Shown here piece by piece: positions 9,605 through 17,724 of a stretch of DNA of 19,516 nucleotides (positions are counted from its first letter, which is position 1; the number at the start of each line of letters is the position of its first letter). This stretch comes from Armatimonadia bacterium (GTDB taxonomy: Bacteria; Armatimonadota; Zipacnadia; Zipacnadales; UBA11051). The position numbers were made by a program, and so were the translations under genes. The notes under the pieces were generated by a model. The model saw nothing but the letters and a program-made list of their open reading frames with translations. It had not been told where the DNA came from and did no database searches. Where the stretch lies: NCBI GenBank assembly GCA_039683575.1, contig JBDKRC010000067.1, positions 1-19,516 of the forward strand, given 5' to 3'.

Positions 9605-9787
9605 TCAGTACATCCCCTGCAACGTATCCCACAAATCACACTGCGCCTCACGCAGATGCTGCCCTGTCCCAAGCGGCGCATCGAGTATCAGATGCTGATC
9701 GGCCGCCACCGTACACTCCGGCCACGGATACGCGGCTTGGCATGCCAGGTTGACGGAGGGAAGAGACGGAGGATTACCTGCAGCAGC
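9605..9787 (-). pseudogene. C-terminal remnant of a type-B carboxylesterase gene (no start codon)
   Basis: Manual translation: AAAGNPPSLPSVNLACQAAYPWPECTVAADQHLILDAPLGTGQHLREAQCDLWDTLQGMY*. This resembles the carboxylesterase ending 'FA.TGNPN...WP.Y....D..L.L........LR...CDFWD'. Confidence 0.65.
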
Positions 9788-9788
9788 G

Positions 9789-11057
9789 TCAGTGCAGCGT
9801 CTCGTTCAGTGCGCTGACGGTTGAGGTCTTGACCTGGAAGTTGTCGAAATCAACCGCACTGCCGAAGCACCACAGGCCCGGTGCCCCGCCGCGCAGAGGC
9901 TGCTCGCGATCGTAGGCCGTAATCTGCCAGTTCTCCGGTTCCTCGGTCTCATCGGCCCACAGCCGCCCCTGGAGGCGCACCGTGCTGCCGACGTTGTCGA
10001 GAGATAGCTTGAGGTTATACCATTCGCCGCGCTTGAGCGGCATCGCCGCCGACGCCAGGTTGTCGATACGCCCGTCAAGGCGCCGCTTGACCAGGTAGAT
10101 CCGGTTATCGAGCGTCCGCAGGCGGTAGTTGCTGCCCTCCGGGCCGAAGTACCCCACGAGTCCCATGCCCCACTTCGACGGTCCCGGATGCGCGATGGCG
10201 CGGGCAGAGACCGTGTATCCGGTCAACTGCAGGTAGACAGCCGCATTCTCATCGTAAAGCGGCCCCGCCTGGTCAATCATCTGGCGCAGCAGTGGCAGCG
10301 TGTCCTGCACATCGCGGACCCACAGTCCGCCGCTGGATACCCAGAACCCCGGCAGGCGCCCCTGCGCCGTGTCGGTGAAGTCAGTGCCGTACAGCAGCTC
10401 CCCCGTCTTGTCGGACACCGGATCATACTGCTTCAGGGCAAGATACGAAAACCTCCCGGCGCAGTTGCCGGTCCAGAGCCCCACCGACCCGCCACTGTAG
10501 GGTTCGCTCACATCCTCGACGCGTATGAGCCAATCCTTCGGCTCGTCTTCCTCACTAGCCCACACTTTCGCCAGCAGCGAGGTACCACCATTCTGCGACG
10601 AAAGCGCCAACCGCAGCGAGTACCACTTTCCCCGGGTCACCTTCGCCTCAGCCTCCCGCAGGACCCTGACCTCGCCGAGGTTCAGCTTCTCCACGTAAAG
10701 CTTGCCTTCTCCCATCCGCAGCCGGTAGGAGTGGCCGAGACCATCGTCATAGGCCGTCGCCCCAAGGCCCCACAGCCCCTCGCCCCCGTCTGCCAGGCAC
10801 TTGGTCGTCACCGTGTAATTCGCCCACAGCGCGATCGCCCAACTATCACTGGTGATATCCTCGTTGGACTGGCGGAAAACCCGCGTCGTCCGCTGTGCGG
10901 GCGCCCACTCCCCGTCCAGCGACACCCAGTGGTACGGGGCGGCGCCAGGCTCAGAGTCGAAGCTGTCGTCGAACAGCAGCCGCTCGGGCGGGATGGCAAA
11001 AGCCGCAGACAGGCAGAGCGAAGCCAACAGGGGGATCAGACGGGCGAAGTGGCGCAT
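9789..11057 (-). CDS. Secreted protein with two tandem concanavalin A/LamG-like (DUF1080-like) beta-sandwich domains
   Basis: Signal peptide ending AFA|. An internal duplication repeats 'YTV...WG.G..Y...YRLR...G.WY.L.L.L...W...E.EP..W.I...D...GG..GLW'. Its ATG lies 1 nt after the upstream TAA. Confidence 0.7.
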   Translation of the reverse strand: MRHFARLIPLLASLCLSAAFAIPPERLLFDDSFDSEPGAAPYHWVSLDGEWAPAQRTTRVFRQSNEDITSDSWAIALWANYTVTTKCLADGGEGLWGLGATAYDDGLGHSYRLRMGEGKLYVEKLNLGEVRVLREAEAKVTRGKWYSLRLALSSQNGGTSLLAKVWASEEDEPKDWLIRVEDVSEPYSGGSVGLWTGNCAGRFSYLALKQYDPVSDKTGELLYGTDFTDTAQGRLPGFWVSSGGLWVRDVQDTLPLLRQMIDQAGPLYDENAAVYLQLTGYTVSARAIAHPGPSKWGMGLVGYFGPEGSNYRLRTLDNRIYLVKRRLDGRIDNLASAAMPLKRGEWYNLKLSLDNVGSTVRLQGRLWADETEEPENWQITAYDREQPLRGGAPGLWCFGSAVDFDNFQVKTSTVSALNETLH

Positions 11058-11058
11058 A

Positions 11059-12267
11059 TTAGTTGCTCACCACAAGCAGATCATCGAAGCTGCAGACGTC
11101 GTCGAGACACCACAGGCCCAGATCGCCTCCGAGCAAGCGTCGCCGGCTGGCGTCCTGCGCTTCAACCTGCCACTGGGTCGGCTCCCCGGCATTGGCGGGC
11201 CAGAGCTTGCCCTGCAGTTGCACGGCCCCCGGCTGGTTCTCGATGCTGAGTTTGAGAATGTACCAGAGACCCTTCTTGACCGCGAAGGGTACCGTCTTCA
11301 GCACCACGGGGTCGCTGCCCTCGTGCCGCCGGGACAGTACCAGCGCGCCGCTCGCCTGCCCGAGTTCATAGCAGGCTCCGTCCCCCTGGCAATACGCCAT
11401 CAGTCCAAACCCCTGGTTGCGGCTGCCGCTGGCGGCTCTGGCGTTCACCTGCACCGTATGGTCGGCCCACCCCGAGGCGATGGCATACGCGGCGGACTTG
11501 AAGCCCAGCGTGCTGCCGGTAGTCTCCTGGCGCAGGGTCCCTCCCTGCAGCTGCCACGCGCCGCCATCGAAGAGCCAGTAATTGCCGAGGGTAACGCTGG
11601 GGGGGGGGGTCTCGGCTGTGGTGCCAGCGGCGGGTTGCGCCGCGGGGGTCGCGGAGAGACGTGTTATCGCGAAATCGGAGAAGATGGCCGCCGCTCGGCC
11701 CGTGAACACCCCCGCGCGTCCTGCTCGCAGGGGCCGCGTGACGTCCTGCGCTGTGATCGTCCACTTGTCCGGCTCGGCCTGCCCTATTGCCCACAGCTTG
11801 CCGCGCAGTGTCGTGGCATTTCCCTCATTCTGCAGCGCCAGCCGCAGCCGGTATGCCTGTGGCTTCATCTCCAGCCGTGTGGCTGCCAGCGCCTGCGCCT
11901 GCCCGCCCTCTTCGCGCCACAGCGCCAGCACGTTGCCATAGTTGCTCAAGCGGTAGCAGCCGCCCGGCTGCCAGTAGCCCACAACCCCAACGCCCCACTG
12001 CCCGCTCACATTCGTGGGCCGCGCGGTGACAGCGACCTCATAGTTGCTCTCCGACATTACCACCCGCGCCACACCCCGGAAAGCCGCCTGCGACTGCTGC
12101 AGCACGTTACTTTCATCCGCGGCGATGGTCCACTGGCCACCAGCAGCCTGCCAGCCGGCGGGAAGGCCGCCGCCAGCATCCTCAAAGTCCAACTGGTACA
12201 AAGGCGTGGGGGCGGCAAACGCCAGCGAGATCAGCAGGATGGGAAGCAGAATCAGAGGGTAACGCAA
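11059..12267 (-). CDS. Paralogous secreted protein with two tandem ConA/LamG-like domains joined by a Pro/Ala/Thr linker
   Basis: Start reassigned to TTG at 12267 (GGAGA RBS 7 nt upstream), giving the signal peptide MRYPLILLPILLISLAFA|A. It has the same duplicated domain ('LRGKLWAIGQAEPDKW', 'LQGKLWPANAGEPTQW'). Confidence 0.72.
   Translation of the reverse strand: MRYPLILLPILLISLAFAAPTPLYQLDFEDAGGGLPAGWQAAGGQWTIAADESNVLQQSQAAFRGVARVVMSESNYEVAVTARPTNVSGQWGVGVVGYWQPGGCYRLSNYGNVLALWREEGGQAQALAATRLEMKPQAYRLRLALQNEGNATTLRGKLWAIGQAEPDKWTITAQDVTRPLRAGRAGVFTGRAAAIFSDFAITRLSATPAAQPAAGTTAETPPPSVTLGNYWLFDGGAWQLQGGTLRQETTGSTLGFKSAAYAIASGWADHTVQVNARAASGSRNQGFGLMAYCQGDGACYELGQASGALVLSRRHEGSDPVVLKTVPFAVKKGLWYILKLSIENQPGAVQLQGKLWPANAGEPTQWQVEAQDASRRRLLGGDLGLWCLDDVCSFDDLLVVSN
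11599..11609. repeat. G11 homopolymer (C11 on the coding strand)
   Basis: Eleven consecutive G residues, encoding T-P-P-P in the interdomain linker. Confidence 0.9.
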
Positions 12268-12301
12268 GTAAGGGTCTCCGTGCGCGCCCGGCGCGCGCTG
12301 G

Positions 12302-13354
12302 TCAGAGGACTTCGGCGAGGGCAGTTTCGACATCCGCTGCCGCTGGTGCGGCATTGACCGCCGTCGCATAGTCCGCAACCGCTTCGTCGCGGCGGCCGGT
12401 CGTCTTCTCGATGTCAGCCAGCACGACCAGAGCGCGCGTCTTGACCGGAGAACCGGCCTGCGCCGACTCCTGGCGCAGCGCCCGCCGGGCTTGAGCGTAA
12501 TGAAACCGCACCACCTCATCATCGCCGCTGCCGGCGCGCCGCAGATCGGCCAGTCCCTTGTGGGCCAGAGCCTGGGGCAGAGCCTCCTGAGCGGGCAGAC
12601 TCAGCACCCGGCGGTACACGACATCGGCTTCGCTCACATTCCCGCGGGACCGCTCGATATCAGCCGCAGTCAGAAGCGCCTCGGCAGCCTCGGGTGAGCG
12701 TGGATACGCCTGGGCGACATTCTCAAGAGCCGCAATGGTCAGATCGGGATCGCCGTCGTCGGCATGGCGACGCGCAGCGAACAGCGCCCTGGCAGCGATG
12801 CGGTCAGAGGCAACCGTCTTGCCCCGCAGCCGCACAGGCGTCGCAGCCACTGGACGCGAGGCGCCTCGTGGGGCGGGTCGCGCAGGAGAGAAGAAGACGG
12901 GCTCGTGCTCCATCACCGGCGGCAAGGATCGAGCCTCGCGGCTCATCGCGGGCAGAGCGGCCATCACCGGCAACGCCGACGCCGGAGCGAGGGTTCGGGC
13001 GACATCAGTAACCTCAACCGGCCCAGACTGCCCCGGCTGGCGCATCTGAAGCGATATTGAGAACGCCAGTACGGCCACGACCGCGCACGCCGCTGCCCAC
13101 ACTGGCGCAGGCACCCGCTGGCGAACCGGCAGGTTCACGCGGCGCCGCGCCTGATCCATGGTCAACGCAACCAGATCCGGGGGCACGTAGGCAGTCGGCG
13201 AGTCATGCAGCAGCGTTTGCAGCCGCTGAAGTTGCGCCAGCTCCCGCCGGCAGTCCAGGCAGGTCAGCAGGTGCCGCTCCAGCCGCTCGCGCTGTCGCGC
13301 CGGCAGGGTCCCGTCAAGATATGCGCTTAGTCTCTGGCCGCTCGGGCAGGCCAT
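12302..13354 (-). CDS. Zinc-binding anti-sigma factor (zf-HC2) with a transmembrane helix and a C-terminal TPR-like domain
   Basis: 'C....RLSAYLDG.L.......LERHLLTCLDC' contains HxxxCxxC. Hydrophobic segment WAAACAVVAVLAFSISL. 'YPRSPEAAEALL' and Ala-rich helical repeats follow. It overlaps the sigma gene by 41 nt. Confidence 0.88.
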   Translation of the reverse strand: MACPSGQRLSAYLDGTLPARQRERLERHLLTCLDCRRELAQLQRLQTLLHDSPTAYVPPDLVALTMDQARRRVNLPVRQRVPAPVWAAACAVVAVLAFSISLQMRQPGQSGPVEVTDVARTLAPASALPVMAALPAMSREARSLPPVMEHEPVFFSPARPAPRGASRPVAATPVRLRGKTVASDRIAARALFAARRHADDGDPDLTIAALENVAQAYPRSPEAAEALLTAADIERSRGNVSEADVVYRRVLSLPAQEALPQALAHKGLADLRRAGSGDDEVVRFHYAQARRALRQESAQAGSPVKTRALVVLADIEKTTGRRDEAVADYATAVNAAPAAADVETALAEVL

Positions 13355-13979
13355 ACGTCTCGTCTCCCAGGAGATGCTCGAGCCGCGTCTTAAGCTTCGC
13401 CTTGGCTCGATGCACTCGCGTCTTTACAGTGTTTACGGGCAGATCAAGGGCCTCTGCCGTCTCTTCATAGGTCATGCCGCCCAGCCCATGCAGCACCATG
13501 ACGGCACGGAACTTCAGGGGCAGGTCGGCAATAGCCGCCTGCACCACGCGCTGCAAATGCGTCTGCGTCACGACCTCATGGGGTCGTCCGTCGGCGGTCT
13601 GGGGTTCAAAGCGCTGCGGACCAAGCTCCTCCCACGAGTCCATCTGCCGCCGCCGCTCGCGCCGCAGGTGGTGCAGGCACACCCGCATCGTGAGGCCGTG
13701 AACCCAGGTGGAAAGCGCGGCTTCGCCACGAAAGCGGGGCAAGGAACTGAGAATCTGGATGAAGGCTTCCTGGGCCAGATCGGAGGCGCGCTCATGATCC
13801 TGCGTCATATGGTATGCGACGTTAAAGACGCGGGACTGGTAGCGGCGAATGAGGGTCTCCCAGGCGTGCTGATCCCCGGCAAGGCAGGCGCGAATGAGTT
13901 CAGCCTCAGCCTGGTTCACGTAACTAGACCCGGCAGGCGTGCTGGCAGACTGCCACACAGCAGTGGAGCGTGGATACAT
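13314..13979 (-). CDS. ECF-family sigma-70 factor (start uncertain: ATG 13979 or GTG 13919)
   Basis: Region 2: 'GDQHAWETLIRRY...ASDLAQEAF...FRGEAALSTW'. Region 4: 'LPLKFRAVMVL...MTYEETAEALDLPVNTVKTRVHRAKAKL'. Confidence 0.93.
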   Translation of the reverse strand: MYPRSTAVWQSASTPAGSSYVNQAEAELIRACLAGDQHAWETLIRRYQSRVFNVAYHMTQDHERASDLAQEAFIQILSSLPRFRGEAALSTWVHGLTMRVCLHHLRRERRRQMDSWEELGPQRFEPQTADGRPHEVVTQTHLQRVVQAAIADLPLKFRAVMVLHGLGGMTYEETAEALDLPVNTVKTRVHRAKAKLKTRLEHLLGDETYGLPERPETKRIS

Positions 13980-14031
13980 CAAGGAGATAGCTTCGCCGTT
14001 AGCCACCCAGATACCTGCCGAGGCATAGATC

Positions 14032-14056
14032 AGTTGCGCAGAGGTTAGTTGCGCAG
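14032..14056 (-). promoter_or_regulatory. 10-bp direct repeat upstream of the ECF sigma gene; candidate operator or ECF -35 elements
   Basis: AGTTGCGCAG at 14032-14041 and 14047-14056. The minus strand reads CTGCGCAACT, which contains the ECF-type AAC. Confidence 0.35.
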
Positions 14057-14130
14057 GTGGCGCAAGTGGGTTCCCAAATGCCCTGCGAGCCCCGCCCTCT
14101 TGCCCGGCCCCGCCGTTGCCGTTGCCGTGT

Positions 14131-14156
14131 GGAGCGCGGGCATCCTTGCCCGCTCC
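14131..14156 (+). repeat. REP-like palindrome (GGAG variant)
   Basis: GGAGC-GCGGGCA-TCCT-TGCCCGC-TCC, flanked by GCCGTT micro-repeats. Same family as the copy at 19246-19271. Confidence 0.7.
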
Positions 14157-14246
14157 GGCCGTTGTCGTTGCCGCCTTGTCCCCCGTCCGCAGGACGCACG
14201 GCAGTACTCTGCCGCGCAGCGGCACTCATCCCAACCTCCTCCCCTT

Positions 14247-16613
14247 CTACCTCAGATCCAACTCCTCCATCGCATACTCCTCATCGTAGACCTTGAACCT
14301 CACCTCAAACCCCTCCGCCCCCTCCCCGAACGTCATCTGCTTCGTTATTACCAGGCTCTCGTCGTGCGCGTCCTTGGCGATGTGGTAGCCGGCCGGGTTG
14401 GTTACTGCCAGCCCCTTCGGCGCGGCCACGAACACCGTGCCCGTCTCCCCCACTGGCCGCGTGGCTGTCACTGACAACGTCATCGTGTCACGGTCCCACC
14501 GCACGTCCGCAAGCTCCACCTGTCCCTGCATGACATGCATGTCGGTGCCCAGTACCCACGGGTAGCCGGTATAGCGACTCAGACGATACACCCGCGCCGA
14601 GCGCGGTGGCACGATCGCCCGTAGCTCGCCGCTGATCGTCCCCAGGTACTGCTCGTTCCAGAACTCGAAGACCCGGCAGCGCTCCCCCTCTGGCAGGCTC
14701 AGCCGCTCAAGCGGGATCGGCAGCGTCAGCGGCTCGTCGTCATAGTTGAGCACCGACACGACCTCCCACTCGCCCCACTCGGTCTTCACGTGGTTGTGGA
14801 ACACGCGCGGGTAGTCCGGCAGCGGCCGGTCGAACAGGTCAACGGGTGTCGCAATCTCGGGGGTGCGTGGGAAGACCTTCTTGATCAGCGCCAGCCGCTC
14901 CTCGGAGATGCGGTCAATGTCATCGCCGAGCATCACCGGGCCGCCGCACATCCCGAAGATGGTCGCGACAATCTGCGCCTCGCACACCGGAACCGGCTTG
15001 TCGAGCGTCATGACATTCGCCGAGTCGTTGACGAACAGCTTGCGATGGGTGTAGTAATACCCTGCCATGTTGCCCGAGGCGTAGCTGTGCGAGGTCCAGA
15101 AGTTGGCCCCGTTGATGACGAAGCTGGCGGGATAGAAGTATGACTCCGGGTTGATCGCCCGCCCCTCGCCATAGTCGTTCCCCATGCGGCAGGCGTCCAT
15201 GAGCCCCACATTCTGCAGGTTCGGCCCCGAACTCGACAGCAGGTAGGTGTCCGGCCCTGCAACGTCGCGCACGATCTTCAGCCCCGCCCGCAGTAGCTCC
15301 GCGCCGCGAATGACCGACTCGTCGTAATGCTCGTCGTAGGGAATGCCCTCATTGGGGTAGGCAATGGCGTTGATGAAATCCACCATGAAGTAGCGGATGC
15401 CCCACTGCCGGTACGTCTCGTAGACATTGGCGATGAAGTCGCGGGCTTTGGGGTTCGTCGGGTCGAGCGAGTAGATGGCCGGGCGCTGGTCCAGAGGCAG
15501 TGTGGCCGAGACGCCATAGTTCCAATGAGGCGCCGCCACGGCAGGCTTGCCATCCTTGCGGAGGGTTGCGTCGGCGAGCAGCACCATCTTGTCCTTCGCA
15601 CCCTCGCATACCCAGAAAGCCCCGCACCAGAACCCGAGCTTGAAGCCCAGGTCGTTAAGCTCCCTGATTATACACTCAGGTCCACTGGGGAAGTTGGTGT
15701 AGTCCCACTCCAGCCAGTTGCCGGGGTAGCCGCCCGCGATATTGCCGATGCTCACCCACACATACTCAATATCGAACCCGGCCAGGCGGCGGCGGATGGC
15801 GCGGCAGTTGCGCAGCACCGTCTCCTCATAGGTGTCGGTGTGGAAAGGATCCACCCACGACCAGCCAAGCCAACCTCCCGTGGTCTTGGGCCAGATATGC
15901 GGCTGGTAGTGGGCGGCCACGCGGTCGGCCCAGCTATGCAGCGACTCGTGCAGGTCGTCGCTCGCCTGGATCATCAGCGTCTCGGACTGGATGGACTGCC
16001 CCGGGGCCAGCACATGGTCCTGGAAGTCGCAGACGGCCTTGAGGGACTTCACCCCGTCGCCCTCGTAGGTAAAGCGGTGGACGGTCTCCATACGGTCATA
16101 GGTGGCAAAGCCCAGATGCAGCGCCCGCCCGGCGGCATTGCTGACCAGTTGCAGCAAGGTCCGTGACATGTTCTCTTCGCCGCTGTCCGCGCGCTTGACG
16201 CGGGTCGGGCCGGTGGTACCGGAGACATTGAGAAAGACCGCGTTGCCGTCATCCCCGGCAATCTCCAGGCTACCATGGTCGGGCAGCACTTCCACTAACC
16301 GGCACTCGCCCAGCTTCACTGGGTCCGGGCCGGGGTTATGGATTGTCGAGGAGATAAGCAGCGTGCGCCCCTCATCAGCCCGCTGCAGATGCAGCGTCCA
16401 GTCCAGCGGCGGCGTATGGAAGCGCAGCGGCAGGTCAAGGGTCTCGGGAAGCTCACCCGCAGGAGCCTCAACAGTAGCATTCTGCAGCCTGCACTCGTGC
16501 CCCTCAGCCTGCAGCGAAGGCGCGAACGCCAGCGAGACAGACCCGTCCGCAAGGGCGAGTGTCAGGAGCCGGTTGTTGAGATCGAGGTTCAGGGGTTGCC
16601 AGGGCAGGGACAT
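14247..16613 (-). CDS. Clan GH-D (GH36/GH27 alpha-galactosidase-like) glycoside hydrolase, probably cytoplasmic
   Basis: Motifs: 'GWLGWSW', 'FPSG', 'LGFKLGFW', 'LDPTNP', 'WGIRYFMVDF' (nucleophile Asp), 'CRMGND' (acid/base Asp), 'GGPVMLGDD'. RBS GGGAG. No signal peptide. Confidence 0.8.
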   Translation of the reverse strand: MSLPWQPLNLDLNNRLLTLALADGSVSLAFAPSLQAEGHECRLQNATVEAPAGELPETLDLPLRFHTPPLDWTLHLQRADEGRTLLISSTIHNPGPDPVKLGECRLVEVLPDHGSLEIAGDDGNAVFLNVSGTTGPTRVKRADSGEENMSRTLLQLVSNAAGRALHLGFATYDRMETVHRFTYEGDGVKSLKAVCDFQDHVLAPGQSIQSETLMIQASDDLHESLHSWADRVAAHYQPHIWPKTTGGWLGWSWVDPFHTDTYEETVLRNCRAIRRRLAGFDIEYVWVSIGNIAGGYPGNWLEWDYTNFPSGPECIIRELNDLGFKLGFWCGAFWVCEGAKDKMVLLADATLRKDGKPAVAAPHWNYGVSATLPLDQRPAIYSLDPTNPKARDFIANVYETYRQWGIRYFMVDFINAIAYPNEGIPYDEHYDESVIRGAELLRAGLKIVRDVAGPDTYLLSSSGPNLQNVGLMDACRMGNDYGEGRAINPESYFYPASFVINGANFWTSHSYASGNMAGYYYTHRKLFVNDSANVMTLDKPVPVCEAQIVATIFGMCGGPVMLGDDIDRISEERLALIKKVFPRTPEIATPVDLFDRPLPDYPRVFHNHVKTEWGEWEVVSVLNYDDEPLTLPIPLERLSLPEGERCRVFEFWNEQYLGTISGELRAIVPPRSARVYRLSRYTGYPWVLGTDMHVMQGQVELADVRWDRDTMTLSVTATRPVGETGTVFVAAPKGLAVTNPAGYHIAKDAHDESLVITKQMTFGEGAEGFEVRFKVYDEEYAMEELDLR

Positions 16614-16665
16614 GATTGGTCTCCCGTGTAAGGTGCTTGATTGAGGGCCTCGTGGGGCGTGCTCG

Positions 16666-16768
16666 GGCTGTAGGGCGGGGGCTTGTACCCCGCCGGCCGT
16701 TATCCACGATTACCCTAACGGCGGGGTCCGAGCCCCCTGCGACGCAGGCGTCGCTACGCCCTCCAGCC
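16666..16768. repeat. Inverted GTAG-type REP doublet (REPIN-like) with a 20-nt insertion in the right copy
   Basis: Left copy: GGCT-GTAGGGCGGGGGCTTGTACCCCGCCG (16666-16695). Right copy: CGGCGGGGTCCGAGCCCC[20 nt]CGCCCTCCAGCC (16719-16768), which is its reverse complement with 3 mismatches once the insert is removed. Confidence 0.8.
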
Positions 16769-16851
16769 AAGACGATGGAGCCTCCGTTCGCCTCATCTCA
16801 CCACCGCACCTGCGGCAGGAGGCCTCGCTACAGACGGAGAAGTGACTGACG

Positions 16852-17640
16852 ATGATTATCGATTGCCATACTCATGTATTTCCGGACGAAGTAGCCCAGA
16901 AGGCCGTGGACAGCATCCACGCCTTCGCCAACGCGATTCCAGTGGCCGTGCCCACAGTCCCTGCGCTCCTGGAGCACATGGCCCACTCAGGCGTAGACCG
17001 CGCCGTGGTATGCCCGGTCGCCACCAGGCCAGCCCAGGTGCGAGGCATCAACGATTGGCTCATGGGCCTGGAAGATGAGCGCCTGATCGCCTTCGGGGCC
17101 ATCCATCCCCACTTGGAGGACGTGGCTGCAGAACTGGACCGCCTCGAGCAAGCCGGGTTCAAGGGCCTCAAGCTCCAGCCCTTCTTCCAGAACTTCGAAC
17201 TCGACGACCCGGCACTGATGCGGCTATTTGAGCTGGTGGACGACCGGTTTGCGGTGCTCCTGCACGCCGGGGATGAGCTAGTTCCGCTCCCAGAGGTCCA
17301 GCCCACTCCCGAGCGGGTAGCAGGGCTACTGGACCGTTTCCCGCGCCTGCGGCTGATCGCGGCCCATGCGGGCGGATACAAGCTCTGGGACGAGGTAGAG
17401 CGGCACCTGGTGGGCCGCGACCTGCTCTTCGACATCTCCTACACGTTCGGCATAGCCCAAGACGAGCAGTTGCGCCGAATCGTCGAGGCCCATGGGTATG
17501 AGCGGGTACTGTGGGGGAGCGACTTCCCATGGCAGGCGGAGGACTTCACTCTGCGGAGTCTCCGGGAGATGGGGCTGGATGAAGAGGCTCTGGAGGCGAT
17601 CCTCGGCGGGAACTTCGAGCGGGAGGTTCTGAACCGATAG
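16852..17640 (+). CDS. Amidohydrolase family protein (Amidohydro_2 type)
   Basis: Motifs: 'MIIDCHTH', 'FGAIHP', 'FKGLKLQP', 'LHAG', 'AAHAGG', 'WGSDFPW'. Confidence 0.9.
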   Translation: MIIDCHTHVFPDEVAQKAVDSIHAFANAIPVAVPTVPALLEHMAHSGVDRAVVCPVATRPAQVRGINDWLMGLEDERLIAFGAIHPHLEDVAAELDRLEQAGFKGLKLQPFFQNFELDDPALMRLFELVDDRFAVLLHAGDELVPLPEVQPTPERVAGLLDRFPRLRLIAAHAGGYKLWDEVERHLVGRDLLFDISYTFGIAQDEQLRRIVEAHGYERVLWGSDFPWQAEDFTLRSLREMGLDEEALEAILGGNFEREVLNR

Positions 17641-17724
17641 AAGTCGTCAGATGGGGGGCCTAACTGCGCCAAAACGGGCCCTGGTTGCGCAGAAACAGTT
17701 GACCGATGTAACGATTCGGGGCCT

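Noticed and set aside
12268-12522. Longer start for the 487-aa ORF
   Set aside because: It overlaps the anti-sigma gene and buries the signal peptide. TTG 12267 has an RBS.
13980-14225. 82-aa N-terminal extension of the sigma factor
   Set aside because: It translates through REP and micro-repeat DNA and is not sigma-like.
16700-16708. DnaA-box-like TTATCCACG
   Set aside because: A single 8/9 match inside a REP spacer, with no box cluster or AT-rich unwinding element.
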